Origin: Alphaproteobacteria bacterium
GTDB taxonomy: Bacteria; Pseudomonadota; Alphaproteobacteria; UBA828; JAPUJA01
Assembly (NCBI GenBank): GCA_965198325.1
Contig: CBDAPE010000015.1
Span: 335,158-399,157, forward strand
Length of the DNA: 64,000 nucleotides
Direction: 5' to 3'
Shown here: positions 48,648-59,729 of the stretch, in pieces
How the letters are laid out: every line of letters begins with the position of its first letter
Position numbering within the stretch: the stretch's first letter is position 1
Program-made: the position numbers and the translations under genes
Notes under the pieces: model-generated
What the model was told of the DNA's origin: nothing
The model's database searches: none
What the model saw: the letters and a program-made list of their open reading frames with translations, nothing else

Positions 48648-49613
48648 TTAGCCGTCTTCCGGTTTGCCGGGCGGCTTGGTCCGCCGGCGACGGCCACCAA
48701 GCAGGCCCTCCGGGCGGGCCAGCAGGATTATCTGGAGCAGCACGCCAATCAGCAACAGCCGGAGCGCACCGGCCTGGGTGACCATGTCGGCGGGCAGGCG
48801 ATTGGTCAGATACTCTGTGCCCGACCAAACCAGCCAGATCGCGAACGCGCCCAAGATCGCGCCGCGGTTGTTGCCCGACCCGCCCGCGATCAGCATGACC
48901 CAGACGAGGAAGGTGGCGAGCTCGGGCTCGAACGCCTCGGGGCTGATGAAACCGAAGAAATGCGCGTAGAACGCGCCCGCCAGCCCCATGATCATGGAGC
49001 CCAGCACGAACGCCTCGAGGCGGAAGCGCACGACGTTCTTGCCTGCGGCCTGGGCGGTTTCCTCGTTCTCGCGAATGGCGCGCAGGACCCGGCCCCAGGG
49101 TGATTTGTGAGCCCGTTCGAGCGTCACATAGACGAGCAGCAGGGCGGCGAGCACGATGGCGAGAAATACCAACTGGGCCCAGCCCGGTCCGAGCAGGGTA
49201 GCATGGGGCTTGAGGATGCCCGCAATACCGCGCACGCCGTTGGTGAGCCAGCCCTCGTTCTTGAGCACGAGGCGCAGAATCTCGGCGATGCCGATGGTCG
49301 CGATGGCCAGATAGTCGGCCCGCAGGCGGAGCGTGATCAACCCGATGAGGAGCGCCACGACGCCCGAAACAGCCATCGCGCCAGCCAACCCGACGATGAA
49401 GGGCGCGCCGAAGCCGCCGAGATAGAACTCGGAGGAACCGGTGGTGAGAATCGCGCTGGCATAGGCGCCGACGGCGAAGAAACCGGCGATACCGATATTG
49501 AACAGGCCCGTGCCGCCCCACTGCAGATTGAGCCCGAGAGTAAGCAGACCGAAGATGGCCGCGAAGATAACGAAGTGGACGAGAATGCCCCAGGCCCCGA
49601 CGAGCTCAATCAT
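48648..49613 (-). CDS. livM: Branched-chain amino acid ABC transporter permease
   Basis: MIELVGAWGILVHFVIFAAIFGLLTLGLNLQWG... The ATG overlaps the livH stop. The 652-aa ORF in the track is an N-terminal read-through. Confidence 0.85.
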   Translation of the reverse strand: MIELVGAWGILVHFVIFAAIFGLLTLGLNLQWGGTGLFNIGIAGFFAVGAYASAILTTGSSEFYLGGFGAPFIVGLAGAMAVSGVVALLIGLITLRLRADYLAIATIGIAEILRLVLKNEGWLTNGVRGIAGILKPHATLLGPGWAQLVFLAIVLAALLLVYVTLERAHKSPWGRVLRAIRENEETAQAAGKNVVRFRLEAFVLGSMIMGLAGAFYAHFFGFISPEAFEPELATFLVWVMLIAGGSGNNRGAILGAFAIWLVWSGTEYLTNRLPADMVTQAGALRLLLIGVLLQIILLARPEGLLGGRRRRTKPPGKPEDG

Positions 49614-50473
49614 TGTTTCGCTCCGCCGCCGAGCAGGCCCGCAGGACGCAAGACCAGGATGATGACCATCAGGGCAAAGGCAACAGCGGGTTTGTAGTCC
49701 GGCGTAATGACCAAGGTCGACATCTCCTGGGCGATGCCGATGACCATGCCGCCCGCAATCGCGCCGTAGGGTTTGCCGATACCGCCCAATATTGCGGCGG
49801 CGAACAGCGGCAACAACAGCCGCCAGCCCATTACCGGATGGAGCTGGGTGTCGATCGCGAGAAAGATACCGGCCGCGGCCGTGAGCGATGCACCGATCAC
49901 CCAGGTCCAGATGATCACCCGTTCCGTATCGATTCCGCTCACCCGGGCGAGCGAGGGGTTGTCGCTCATCGCGCGCATCGCCTTGCCGATCCGGGTGTAC
50001 TGGAGAAACACGTGCAGCGCCGCGACCAGCAGAATCGAGCCGCCCAGGATGTAGAGTTGGTCCGGCTTGATCCCGAGACCCCAGAAGCAGATGGGCAGCT
50101 TGATGCCCTGCTCGTAGACATGGATCGAGGGACCCCAGATGAGCTGGATCAGGCTGCGCAGGATGAGTGCCACGCCGAACGACGAGATCAGCAGAATGAC
50201 CGGCGAGGTACGCCGCAGACGGCGGTAGAGCACCTGGTCGATGACGATCGCCAGCACAGCGCCGCCCAGCATGGCGAGCGGGAAGGCAACGAACATGGGG
50301 AAACCCAGGGTCACAACGAAGAAAAAGGCGAAATAGGCGCCCGCCATCATCATGTCGCCGTGGGCGAAGTTCGCGAACCGGATGATGCCGTAGACCAGCG
50401 AGAGACCGATCGCGCCGAGCGTAATAATCGCGCCCAGCACGATGCCGTAGATCAGGAGTTGCAGGATCTCCAT
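49610..50473 (-). CDS. livH: Branched-chain amino acid ABC transporter permease
   Basis: MEILQLLIYGIVLGAIITLGAIGLSLVYGI. Confidence 0.85.
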   Translation of the reverse strand: MEILQLLIYGIVLGAIITLGAIGLSLVYGIIRFANFAHGDMMMAGAYFAFFFVVTLGFPMFVAFPLAMLGGAVLAIVIDQVLYRRLRRTSPVILLISSFGVALILRSLIQLIWGPSIHVYEQGIKLPICFWGLGIKPDQLYILGGSILLVAALHVFLQYTRIGKAMRAMSDNPSLARVSGIDTERVIIWTWVIGASLTAAAGIFLAIDTQLHPVMGWRLLLPLFAAAILGGIGKPYGAIAGGMVIGIAQEMSTLVITPDYKPAVAFALMVIILVLRPAGLLGGGAKQ

Positions 50474-50478
50474 CGCGT

Positions 50479-51183
50479 TCAGCCCCCGAGGAACATGTCG
50501 GCGACTTCGCGGTTGGCGAGCAGGTTGGTGCCCGTATCGTCGGCCCGGTTCCGCCCCATGGCGAGGACGTAGCCGCGATGGGCGAGCGAAAGCGCTGCGC
50601 GGGCATTCTGCTCGACCATGAGCACGGCGACGCCCAGCGCGTTGATCGCGACGATCCGTTCGAAGATCAGATCGGTGTAGCGCGGCGAAAGACCCGCTGT
50701 CGGCTCATCGAGCAGCAGGAGACGGGGCTCGAGCATGAGCGCGCGGCCGATCGCGACCATCTGGCGCTCGCCGCCCGAAAGCTGGCCTGCCGGACGACGG
50801 CGCTTTTCCGCCAGAGGCGGGAAGATCTCGTAGATGTTCTCGATCCGGGCGGTGTAATCGTCGGTGCGGATGAACGCTCCCATGTCGAGGTTTTCACGCA
50901 CGGTCAGCGACGGGAAGACGTTCTCTTCCTGGGGCACGTAACCCATGCCGAGACGGACGATCCGGTCCGGGCGCCGGTTGGCGATCTCATCGCCGTCAAA
51001 CCGGATCGAGCCGTCCTGTGTCTTGACCAGACCGAAAACCGCCTTCATGACGGTTGATTTTCCCGCACCGTTGGGCCCGACGATGACGACGATCTCGTCG
51101 TCGCCAATGTCGAGGTCGATGCCGTGGAGGATATCGACCGCGCCGTAGCCGCCGTAAAGCCCACGGACCTCGAGCAGGCTCAT
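50479..51183 (-). CDS. livF: Branched-chain amino acid ABC transporter ATP-binding protein
   Basis: The Walker A is GPNGAGKST and the ABC signature is LSGGERQ. Confidence 0.85.
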   Translation of the reverse strand: MSLLEVRGLYGGYGAVDILHGIDLDIGDDEIVVIVGPNGAGKSTVMKAVFGLVKTQDGSIRFDGDEIANRRPDRIVRLGMGYVPQEENVFPSLTVRENLDMGAFIRTDDYTARIENIYEIFPPLAEKRRRPAGQLSGGERQMVAIGRALMLEPRLLLLDEPTAGLSPRYTDLIFERIVAINALGVAVLMVEQNARAALSLAHRGYVLAMGRNRADDTGTNLLANREVADMFLGG

Positions 51184-51959
51184 CAGGCTCGCCCGCGACC
51201 GCCGAGATAGGCTTCGATGACCTGCTCGTGGCGGCGGATCTCGTCCATGCTGCCTTGGGTGAGCACCCTACCCTCGGCCATAACCACGACCGGATGGCAG
51301 AGGCTCGCGATCAAGTCCATGTCGTGCTCGATGATGCAGAAGGTGTAGCCTTCGTCGCGGTTGAGACGGACTATATTCTCGCGCAGCTTGACCATCAGCG
51401 TCGGGTTGACGCCGGCGCCGGGCTCATCGAGCAGCAACGTGCGCGCGCCCGACATCATGGTTCGTCCGAGCTCGAGGAGTTTTTTCTGTCCGCCCGAGAG
51501 ATTTCCGGCGAGCTCGTCGTGCAAATCGGCAAGCTCGAGAAAGTCCAGCACGCTCTCGGCGCGACGGGCGAGTTCGCGCTCCTGGGCGCGCACCCGGCCC
51601 CAGTAAAACCAGGAGACGGCGAGGTTCTCGCCCACCTGGCCCGCCGGCACGACCATGAGATTCTCCAGAACGGTCATCTCCTGAAGTTCATGGGGGATCT
51701 GGAAGGTCCGCATGAGGCCGCGCGCAAACAGCTTGTGCGGCGGGGCGCCCGTAATGTCGTCGTTATCGAGCCGGACGTGGCCGGAATCGGGTTTGAGCGC
51801 GCCGGCGATAATGTTGAACAGGGTCGTCTTGCCCGCCCCGTTCGGCCCGATCAAACCCGTAATCGAACCCCGGGGAATCTCGAAGGAGCAGCCGTCGACG
51901 GCACGCACGCCGCCGAATGTCTTGACGACGTCGCTGACGGCGATTGCCGCAACGCTCAC
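51183..51959 (-). CDS. livG: Branched-chain amino acid ABC transporter ATP-binding protein
   Basis: The Walker A is GPNGAGKTT and the ABC signature is LSGGQKK. Confidence 0.85.
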   Translation of the reverse strand: MSVAAIAVSDVVKTFGGVRAVDGCSFEIPRGSITGLIGPNGAGKTTLFNIIAGALKPDSGHVRLDNDDITGAPPHKLFARGLMRTFQIPHELQEMTVLENLMVVPAGQVGENLAVSWFYWGRVRAQERELARRAESVLDFLELADLHDELAGNLSGGQKKLLELGRTMMSGARTLLLDEPGAGVNPTLMVKLRENIVRLNRDEGYTFCIIEHDMDLIASLCHPVVVMAEGRVLTQGSMDEIRRHEQVIEAYLGGRGRA

Positions 51960-52171
51960 CGGCGTCGTCCCGATGTCTTGCCCTGCTTCGAGAGCACGTA
52001 ATCGAGTTTCTGCATCGCAAGCCGGGTCAGCTCCGATTCGCTGGCCGTGGGGTCGCCCACGATCGAGGCTTCGGTCAGGCTCTCGACATCCATCGCCGAG
52101 ACCTTGACGTAGCTGCCCACTGAATGGAACTCGATGATGACTTCACGGCCTCCGGCCGTGCGTTCCTTCAT
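51956..52171 (-). CDS. Small hypothetical protein (71 aa), translationally coupled to livG
   Basis: MKERTAGGREVIIEFHSVGSYVKVSAMDVESLTEASIVGDPTASESELTRLAMQKLDYVLSKQGKTSGRRR. The composition is balanced and not Arg-rich. The stop overlaps the livG ATG (ATGA). Confidence 0.45.
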   Translation of the reverse strand: MKERTAGGREVIIEFHSVGSYVKVSAMDVESLTEASIVGDPTASESELTRLAMQKLDYVLSKQGKTSGRRR

Positions 52172-52325
52172 GCCCGCCTGCCACCCTTCGGTACCTGTAC
52201 GGTTCGGGACGCCAGCATGCCCCGCGGCCCGGCGTGGCGCAAGGCGAGCTGGGGCATCGGGGGGACTGGACAGACGGCCCTAACTGACCAACATTAGGAC
52301 CGTAGCGACCGACAAGGAGACCGCC

Positions 52326-53549
<1,224 letters not shown>

Positions 53550-53602
53550 CCGAACCTCCGGCCACCCGGTTCTCGATGGAGCGCGATGATGCTCGCGTTC
53601 CC

Positions 53603-54415
53603 CTAGTCCTCGCCGCCCTCCCAACCGCGAGTCATCACCGTGCCGCCATCGATCGAGAGCAACACGCCGGTGACGTTGTCGGCGCCGTCCGACGACAGGT
53701 AGAGCACGGCGTTGGCCACATCCTCGACCGTCGAGACCCGGCCCAGCGGAATGATGTCCGCCGCCATCTGGCGCCAGACTTTCTCCTCGAGCCCGGTGCC
53801 GCTCCAGACCTTGACATGCATCGGCGTATCCACATCTCCCGGGTTGACCGCGTTGACCCGGATGTGATCCCCGGCGAGATCGGCGGCCATGCCCTGGGTC
53901 AGATGGTTGACCGCGCGCTTCGTGACGCCGTAGAGGGTCGTGTGGGGATAGCAGACGAGGCCAGACTCAGACGACATGTTGACAATGGAGCCGCCCTGGC
54001 CCTGTTTCTTCATCTGCCGGACCGTGGCGCGCGCCATGTAGAATTGGGCATTCAGGTTCACGTCGAGGATCTCGTGCCAGAGCTCGTCGGTTATCTCGTC
54101 GAACGGCTGGGTGGTGAACTTGCCCGCGTTGTTAAACAGAATGTCGAGCTTGCCGAAGCGCTCGACCGTCCCGGCAACCAGAGCGTCGGCGAAGGCCGAC
54201 TCGGTGACGTCGCCCGCGGTGAAGGCCGCCGCACCGCCCGCCGCCTCGATCTCGCCCACGATACGGCTGCCGTTCGTCTCGTTACGCCCCGTGATCATGA
54301 CCGACGCGCCGCATTCGGCGTAGGCCTTGGCCGTGCCCTCGCCGATGCCCGAGGTGCCGCCGGTGACCAGGGCCACCTTGCCGGCGAACGCGTTCTTCGC
54401 AAATAGTTGAGCCAT
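53603..54415 (-). CDS. SDR-family oxidoreductase
   Basis: VALVTGGTSGIGEG...NNAG...YGVTKRAV (YxxxK). Confidence 0.85.
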   Translation of the reverse strand: MAQLFAKNAFAGKVALVTGGTSGIGEGTAKAYAECGASVMITGRNETNGSRIVGEIEAAGGAAAFTAGDVTESAFADALVAGTVERFGKLDILFNNAGKFTTQPFDEITDELWHEILDVNLNAQFYMARATVRQMKKQGQGGSIVNMSSESGLVCYPHTTLYGVTKRAVNHLTQGMAADLAGDHIRVNAVNPGDVDTPMHVKVWSGTGLEEKVWRQMAADIIPLGRVSTVEDVANAVLYLSSDGADNVTGVLLSIDGGTVMTRGWEGGED

Positions 54416-54448
54416 TGTCGTCTTCTCCCCTGAAATAGCCGTCGAGGC

Positions 54449-55234
54449 CTAGCGGCCGCACATCCCGCCGTCGACCTGGATCATGGCGCCGGTCATGAAG
54501 CTCGCGCCGTCGGAGGCCATGAAAACGACGCACTGGGCGAGTTCCTCGACCGTGCCGATGCGCCCCATCGGCGTAATCTCCTTGAGCCATTCCCGCAAGG
54601 CCACCGGGTCTTTGCCCACAGGCGCGTAAAATTCGTCGGTCATGCCGGTATCGATGTCGCCTGGACAAATCGCGTTGACCCGGATGTTGTCCTTGGCGTG
54701 GTCGAGCGCGAGAACCTTGGTGAACATCACGATCGCGCCCTTGGTCGCCGAATAGGCGGCGCTGTTCTCTGCGCCCTGAAAACCGGACAGTGACGAGTTG
54801 TTGATGATCACGCCGCCGCCGTCGCGCTTCATCTGGCGTACGCCGGCCCGCGCCATATAGAAGGTCGCGTTCACGTTGACGTCGAAGATACGCAGCCAGT
54901 CCTGATCGGAAAACCGGTCGATCTCGCCGACCAGCGCGATGCCCGCGTTGTTGAACAGCACGTCGACATGGCCGAAACGCTCGGCGGTCTCGGTCACCAG
55001 GGTATCGCAGAAAATCGAATCCGTGACGTCGCCGGCGATGAATTCGGCGGTGCCCCCGGCGGAGCGGATCAATTCGACCAGGGTTTCGCCCCGCTCTTCA
55101 TCGCGCCCCGAGCACATCACATTGGCGCCGCACGCAGCGAACGCTTCGGCGCTCGCCCAGCCGATCCCAGACGTCGCTCCGGTTATCAGAACCCCACGGC
55201 CCGCAAAGGCGTCCGATGCGAAAAGCTGCCCCAT
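54449..55234 (-). CDS. SDR-family oxidoreductase (paralogue)
   Basis: VLITGATSGIGWA...NNAG...YSATKGAI. Confidence 0.85.
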   Translation of the reverse strand: MGQLFASDAFAGRGVLITGATSGIGWASAEAFAACGANVMCSGRDEERGETLVELIRSAGGTAEFIAGDVTDSIFCDTLVTETAERFGHVDVLFNNAGIALVGEIDRFSDQDWLRIFDVNVNATFYMARAGVRQMKRDGGGVIINNSSLSGFQGAENSAAYSATKGAIVMFTKVLALDHAKDNIRVNAICPGDIDTGMTDEFYAPVGKDPVALREWLKEITPMGRIGTVEELAQCVVFMASDGASFMTGAMIQVDGGMCGR

Positions 55235-55249
55235 GAGATCTCCCTCTCT

Positions 55250-55558
55250 TCAGTAGATTTGCCAGCCGCCGTCGACGGGAAGCTGTATGCCCGTAATGTA
55301 ACTCGCTTCGTCCGACAGCAGGTAGGCAACCGCGCTCGCGATCTCGACGGCCTTGTCGTCCCGCCCGAGCGCCCGGCCACCGGCGGTACGGATCGCCCCG
55401 GCCGATGCGTCCGCCGAATCGCCCCGCAGGTCGAGACAGACCACCGCCCCGCCCTCAGCGGCGAGACGCGACGTCGCGCGCGCGCCCGATGCCCGAACCC
55501 GCGCCGGTGACCATTGCCACCATGTCGCTAAATCGCATCGCGGCCCTCCCAGGCGCAT
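55250..55558 (-). pseudogene. Decayed SDR paralogue (frameshift plus internal deletion of the catalytic core)
   Basis: MRFSDMVAMVTGAGSGIGRA then a frame break, then ...TSRLAAEGGAVVCLDLRGDSADASAGAIRTAGGRALGRDD joined directly to the C-terminal ...AVAYLLSDEASYITGIQLPVDGGWQIY. The NNAG/YxxxK region is missing. Confidence 0.65.
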
Positions 55559-55573
55559 CGTGCCGGGCCGGTG

Positions 55574-57601
55574 TCAGCCCGCCGGACCGACGCTGACCTC
55601 GACTCCGTGCACGCAGGTGCTTTCACCCATGTCGGTTTTCTGTCCGGGATTGAGTGCGTTGACGTTAACCTCCTGACCTTCGCGCTTGGGCCAACGGCCC
55701 TTGTGGGTCAGCGCCGCGCCCGGCGGGATGATCTCTGAAATCTCGGCGGTCATCACCAGCGCCCCGGTCTCGTTGGCGAGCTTGATTGCCGCGCCCGACT
55801 GGATGCCGAGGCGCGCCGCATCGTCGGGGTGGATCGCGACGGAGACGGCGCCGATCTGCTCTTCGACGTTGGGATCGTTGGCGTAGGTGTCGTTCATGAT
55901 CCACTTGCTGGCAGGCGAAAGCAGGCGCAACCGGCCAGCCGCGGGCCGCGCATCGTAGCTCGGCTGGGGCACGCGCGGATGACCGTCGGCTTCGGCTCGG
56001 GCGCTCGCCACCTCGATCTTGCCCGACGGGGTCGGGAAGCCGAGATCGGCGAACTGGATGTAGGGCTCGGGCAGCAGGTCGACCCAGCCCAGCGTCTTGA
56101 GATCTTCGAAGCTGCCCTCGAACGGGCTGCTCTCAAGCATCCGCGCGATCATCGAGACGTCGCTCTCGTAGAGCGCCTCTTCCTCGTAGCCCATGGCGCG
56201 GGCGAGGCGACGGAATATCTCCTGGTTCGGCAGGGACTGGCCGACGGGCTCTTGGCATTTCACCACGGCGCCCAGATTGAGGTTGAAATAGGACGGCATG
56301 AGGTCGTCGAGCTCAAGGAAGCTCGCCGCAGGCAGGACGTAGTCTGCAAAGTCGGCGGTGTCGGTCTGGAACAGGTCGATGACCACCGTCAACAGGTCCT
56401 CGCGGGCGAGCGCCGCGCGCAGCCGCGCCTGCTCGGGGCTCGAGGCGGCGGGATTGATATTCCAGGTCATGAAGGCGCGGATGTCGCTGGCGTCCTCCAG
56501 GCGCGCGGCGAGATCCATCTGGGAAAACGCATTGCGCGGGCTGGCGCGCAGCTCCTCGCCTTCGATGAAACCGTCATCGAAGCCGCGGGTGCCCCCGCCA
56601 TTGAGGTAGTAGAGCCCCGCGCCGGGCTTGGCGAAGTTGCCTGTTGCCGCCGGGAGAAGCGCGCACGCCCGGAAAATGTTGCCACCGTGATACTGACGCT
56701 GGAGACCCTGGCCCAGCCACAGAAGCGCCGGGCCGTCGCCGTAAATTCGCGCCGCCTCCTCGATCGCGGCCTGCTCGACGCCGGTGATCTCGGCGCCCCA
56801 TTCCGGGGTGCAGGGATCGAGCAGCGGCTCGACCTCCTCCCAGCCGAGCAGGTTCGCGGCAATGAAGTTCCGGTCGAACCGGCCGTCGCGCCGCAGAATA
56901 TGAAGCAGGGTGAAGGCGAGCGCCGCATCGCTGCCGGGAAACAGCTGGAGGTGGAGATCGGCCGCCTCGGCCGTCGCGTGGCGGACCGGGTCGACGACGA
57001 TCTTGGTGCCCGGCGCCTCGGGCAGCCAGTGCTTGTGGGCATGGGGCGCCGAGGCGGACGGGTTGGCGCCCCAGACAACGATGCTGTTGGCGTCCTTCGC
57101 GGTGCGCGGATCGAAGCCGATCACCGAACTGCCGAGGATGTATTCGAGCGCGACATGGCCGGCCAAATTGCAGACCGAATCCGGCTCGACCTCGCGCGCG
57201 CCCAGACGATTGAAAAAGCGCATGGGAAAGCCGCCGGCGATGCGCGAGCAGGTGCCCGTATAGTGCGCATGGACGATTGATTCGGCGCCCCGTTCATCCA
57301 CGATCGCCGTCAACCGGGCTGCGATCGCCGCGATCGCCTCCTCCCAGGAGACCGGCTCGAACTTGCCCTCGCCCTTGGGCCCGACCCGCTTGAGCGGAGT
57401 CGCAAGCCGCGCCGCCGGATCGCGCCACACGCCGTTGTAGCCGAGCGCACATTTGCCGCAGAGCGCGCCACGGGAAACCGGATGGTCGGGATTGCCGACC
57501 ACCTTGCGAATCTCGCCGCCCCGCTTGATTACCGCGATGCCGCAGGAATCGTAACAGTCCCGCGGGCAGGTCGTCAGAACGATTTCCTTCTCGCCTGGCA
57601 T
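55574..57601 (-). CDS. Molybdopterin (bis-MGD) oxidoreductase with an N-terminal 4Fe-4S domain. Stand-alone catalytic subunit.
   Basis: MPGEKEIVLTTCPRDCYDSCGIAV...CGKC, followed by MopB domains. Confidence 0.8.
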   Translation of the reverse strand: MPGEKEIVLTTCPRDCYDSCGIAVIKRGGEIRKVVGNPDHPVSRGALCGKCALGYNGVWRDPAARLATPLKRVGPKGEGKFEPVSWEEAIAAIAARLTAIVDERGAESIVHAHYTGTCSRIAGGFPMRFFNRLGAREVEPDSVCNLAGHVALEYILGSSVIGFDPRTAKDANSIVVWGANPSASAPHAHKHWLPEAPGTKIVVDPVRHATAEAADLHLQLFPGSDAALAFTLLHILRRDGRFDRNFIAANLLGWEEVEPLLDPCTPEWGAEITGVEQAAIEEAARIYGDGPALLWLGQGLQRQYHGGNIFRACALLPAATGNFAKPGAGLYYLNGGGTRGFDDGFIEGEELRASPRNAFSQMDLAARLEDASDIRAFMTWNINPAASSPEQARLRAALAREDLLTVVIDLFQTDTADFADYVLPAASFLELDDLMPSYFNLNLGAVVKCQEPVGQSLPNQEIFRRLARAMGYEEEALYESDVSMIARMLESSPFEGSFEDLKTLGWVDLLPEPYIQFADLGFPTPSGKIEVASARAEADGHPRVPQPSYDARPAAGRLRLLSPASKWIMNDTYANDPNVEEQIGAVSVAIHPDDAARLGIQSGAAIKLANETGALVMTAEISEIIPPGAALTHKGRWPKREGQEVNVNALNPGQKTDMGESTCVHGVEVSVGPAG

Positions 57602-57741
57602 TTCGCCGTCTCCCCTGCCGTAACCTCCGTCCGTTTACGGAGGGCTCGGCGCGCCCCTTGGGCGGACCAGATTCAGTGCCGATCTCGACCCTAACGCCGC
57701 CGCGAGAGCGCGGCAAGCGGCAGCGCCGCCGCTCTCCCGCG

Positions 57742-58632
57742 TCAGTCGGCTTGCTCGATCATCTTGATGATGCCGGAAAAATCGAGGCCGCCGTTGTCCG
57801 CCGCGACGAACTTGTCGTAAAGCGCGCGCGCTTCGGTGCCGAGCGGCGTGGCCGCCCCGGCGCTGGCCGCCGCCGCCTGCGCCAGGGCCAGGTCCTTGAC
57901 CATCATTGCCGCAGTGAACCCCGGCTGGTAATCCCGGTTCGCAGGCGAGGACGGCACGGGTCCCGGCACGGGACAATAGGTTGTCATCGACCAGCATTGG
58001 CCCGACGACTGAGAGCTGATCTCGAACAGCTTGGCGGGTTCGAGCCCGAGCTTTTGACCAAGTACGAAGGCTTCGGAGACCGCGATCATGGAGATGCCAA
58101 GGACCATGTTGTTGCAAATCTTCGCCACCTGCCCGTTGCCGGCGGGTCCGGCATGAATCATCGCCTTTCCCATTGCGCCCAAGATGGGCTCTGCGCGGGC
58201 AAACGCGCCGTCCGAGCCGCCGACCATGAAGGTGAGCGTGCCGGCCGCGGCACCGCCGACGCCGCCGGACACCGGGGCGTCGATCATCTCGAACCCCGCC
58301 TTGGCCGCCTCGGAATTGACCAGACGCGCCGACTCCACGTCGATCGTCGAGCAGTCGATAAGCAGCGCGCCGGGGGTTGCCGCGCTCAACACGCCCTCGG
58401 CGCCGGTATAGACCTCGGCGACATGCTTGCCGGCAGGCAGCATCGTAACGACCATATCGGCGCCTGCGGCAGCATCGGCGATGCTCGCAGCCGCACTGGC
58501 GCCTTTTTCGACCAGTGCACCAACCAGAGCCGGGTCGAGGTCGAACACCCGGACCGCATGCTCCGCCTCGATCAGGTTGGCGGCCATGGGCCCGCCCATA
58601 TTGCCGATGCCGATGAATCCAATCTCCGTCAT
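57742..58632 (-). CDS. mmsB: 3-hydroxyisobutyrate dehydrogenase
   Basis: MTEIGFIGIGNMGGPMAANL... Confidence 0.85.
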   Translation of the reverse strand: MTEIGFIGIGNMGGPMAANLIEAEHAVRVFDLDPALVGALVEKGASAAASIADAAAGADMVVTMLPAGKHVAEVYTGAEGVLSAATPGALLIDCSTIDVESARLVNSEAAKAGFEMIDAPVSGGVGGAAAGTLTFMVGGSDGAFARAEPILGAMGKAMIHAGPAGNGQVAKICNNMVLGISMIAVSEAFVLGQKLGLEPAKLFEISSQSSGQCWSMTTYCPVPGPVPSSPANRDYQPGFTAAMMVKDLALAQAAAASAGAATPLGTEARALYDKFVAADNGGLDFSGIIKMIEQAD

Positions 58633-58644
58633 GACACTCTCCCG

Positions 58645-59724
58645 TCAGTCGAAATTCAGCTCGCCGTCCTCGAGCGCGGAAAAATAGGCCTCGACATCGC
58701 TCTCGCTCACCCGATCGAGGCTCGCCGGCTGCCATTGGGGTGCGTTGTCCTTGTCGACCACGACGGCCCGGATCCCTTCGTAGAAATCGTGACTTTCCGA
58801 GAAGCGCCGCGCGAGGCGATATTCGAGCCGCATGGCCTCGTCGAAATCGAGCGCGCGTCCGCACATGATTTGCCGGAAGACGACCTTCAGGCTGGTCGGC
58901 GACTTGGCGGCGAGCCTGGCGAGCTGGCCGGTGGCCCACTCGTCGGGCTCCGCCTCCAGCGCCTTGATGATCCATTCCATGGAGCTCTGGGTAAACAGTC
59001 GATCGATTCGCGCCTGCAGGTCCGCGAGCGGGGGTGGGCCTGGATCCGTCGCGAAGGAGCCGATCACGGCAGCTGCACGGGTATGCACATCGTCCGATAG
59101 ATCGGCGGCGATGAAAGCCGCCTCCAAATCCGCCAGCCGGCTGCTTGGGACCGCGTCGGTGGCGACGCCCACATAGCAGGCGTCGGCCCATTTGAGACGG
59201 GTGCCCGTCAGGGCCAGATACATACCGATGCTGCCAGGACAGCGGGGCAGGAAATAGGTGCCGCCAACATCGGGGAACAAGCCGATGCCGGTTTCGGGCA
59301 TGGCGAAGATCGCATTCTCGGTCATGATCCGGTGCGAACCGTTGATCGATACCCCGACACCGCCGCCCATCACGACGCCGTCGACAATCGCGATGTAGGG
59401 CTTCGGGTAGTGAAAGATGCGCCGGTCGAGACGGTATTCGTGCCGGAAGAAGTTCCTGGCGAACGTCTTTTCGGGGTCGTCCCGGCCGTCGAAGATCGCC
59501 TGGATGTCGCCGCCGGCGCAGAACGGCACCTTGCCGTTGTCGCGCGGCGCTCCGACGACGACGACCGCCGCGATTCCGTCATCGCCGCTCCAGTCGTCCA
59601 GCACCCGGTCCATCTCGAGCGACATCTCGAGGGTCAGTGCGTTCAACGCCGCGGGCCGGTTGAGCGTGATATGGCCGATCTGCCCGCGGCGTTCAAAGAG
59701 GACGTCGCCCTGTGTTCCGTCCAT
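58645..59724 (-). CDS. 3-hydroxyisobutyryl-CoA hydrolase (enoyl-CoA hydratase/isomerase family)
   Basis: Start at MDGTQGDVLFERRGQIGHITLNRPAALNAL...FCAGGDI. The ORF track has an Arg-rich 70-aa leader up to 59934. Confidence 0.8.
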   Translation of the reverse strand: MDGTQGDVLFERRGQIGHITLNRPAALNALTLEMSLEMDRVLDDWSGDDGIAAVVVVGAPRDNGKVPFCAGGDIQAIFDGRDDPEKTFARNFFRHEYRLDRRIFHYPKPYIAIVDGVVMGGGVGVSINGSHRIMTENAIFAMPETGIGLFPDVGGTYFLPRCPGSIGMYLALTGTRLKWADACYVGVATDAVPSSRLADLEAAFIAADLSDDVHTRAAAVIGSFATDPGPPPLADLQARIDRLFTQSSMEWIIKALEAEPDEWATGQLARLAAKSPTSLKVVFRQIMCGRALDFDEAMRLEYRLARRFSESHDFYEGIRAVVVDKDNAPQWQPASLDRVSESDVEAYFSALEDGELNFD

Positions 59725-59729
59725 CGCCC

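Noticed and set aside
47992-49521. A 509-aa minus-strand ORF, together with similar long Arg-rich ORFs at 57635-59191, 23983-25026 and 26007-26942
   Set aside because: These are alternative-frame or antisense ORFs over well-supported genes (LIV binding protein and permease, mmsB/hydrolase, SRAP, ADH). Their composition is dominated by Arg/Pro/Gly and they have no domain signatures.
48648-50606. A 652-aa ORF reported in the track for the livM gene
   Set aside because: The N-terminal about 330 aa overlap livH in another frame and are Arg/Pro-rich. The true livM starts at the ATG at 49613, which overlaps the livH stop.
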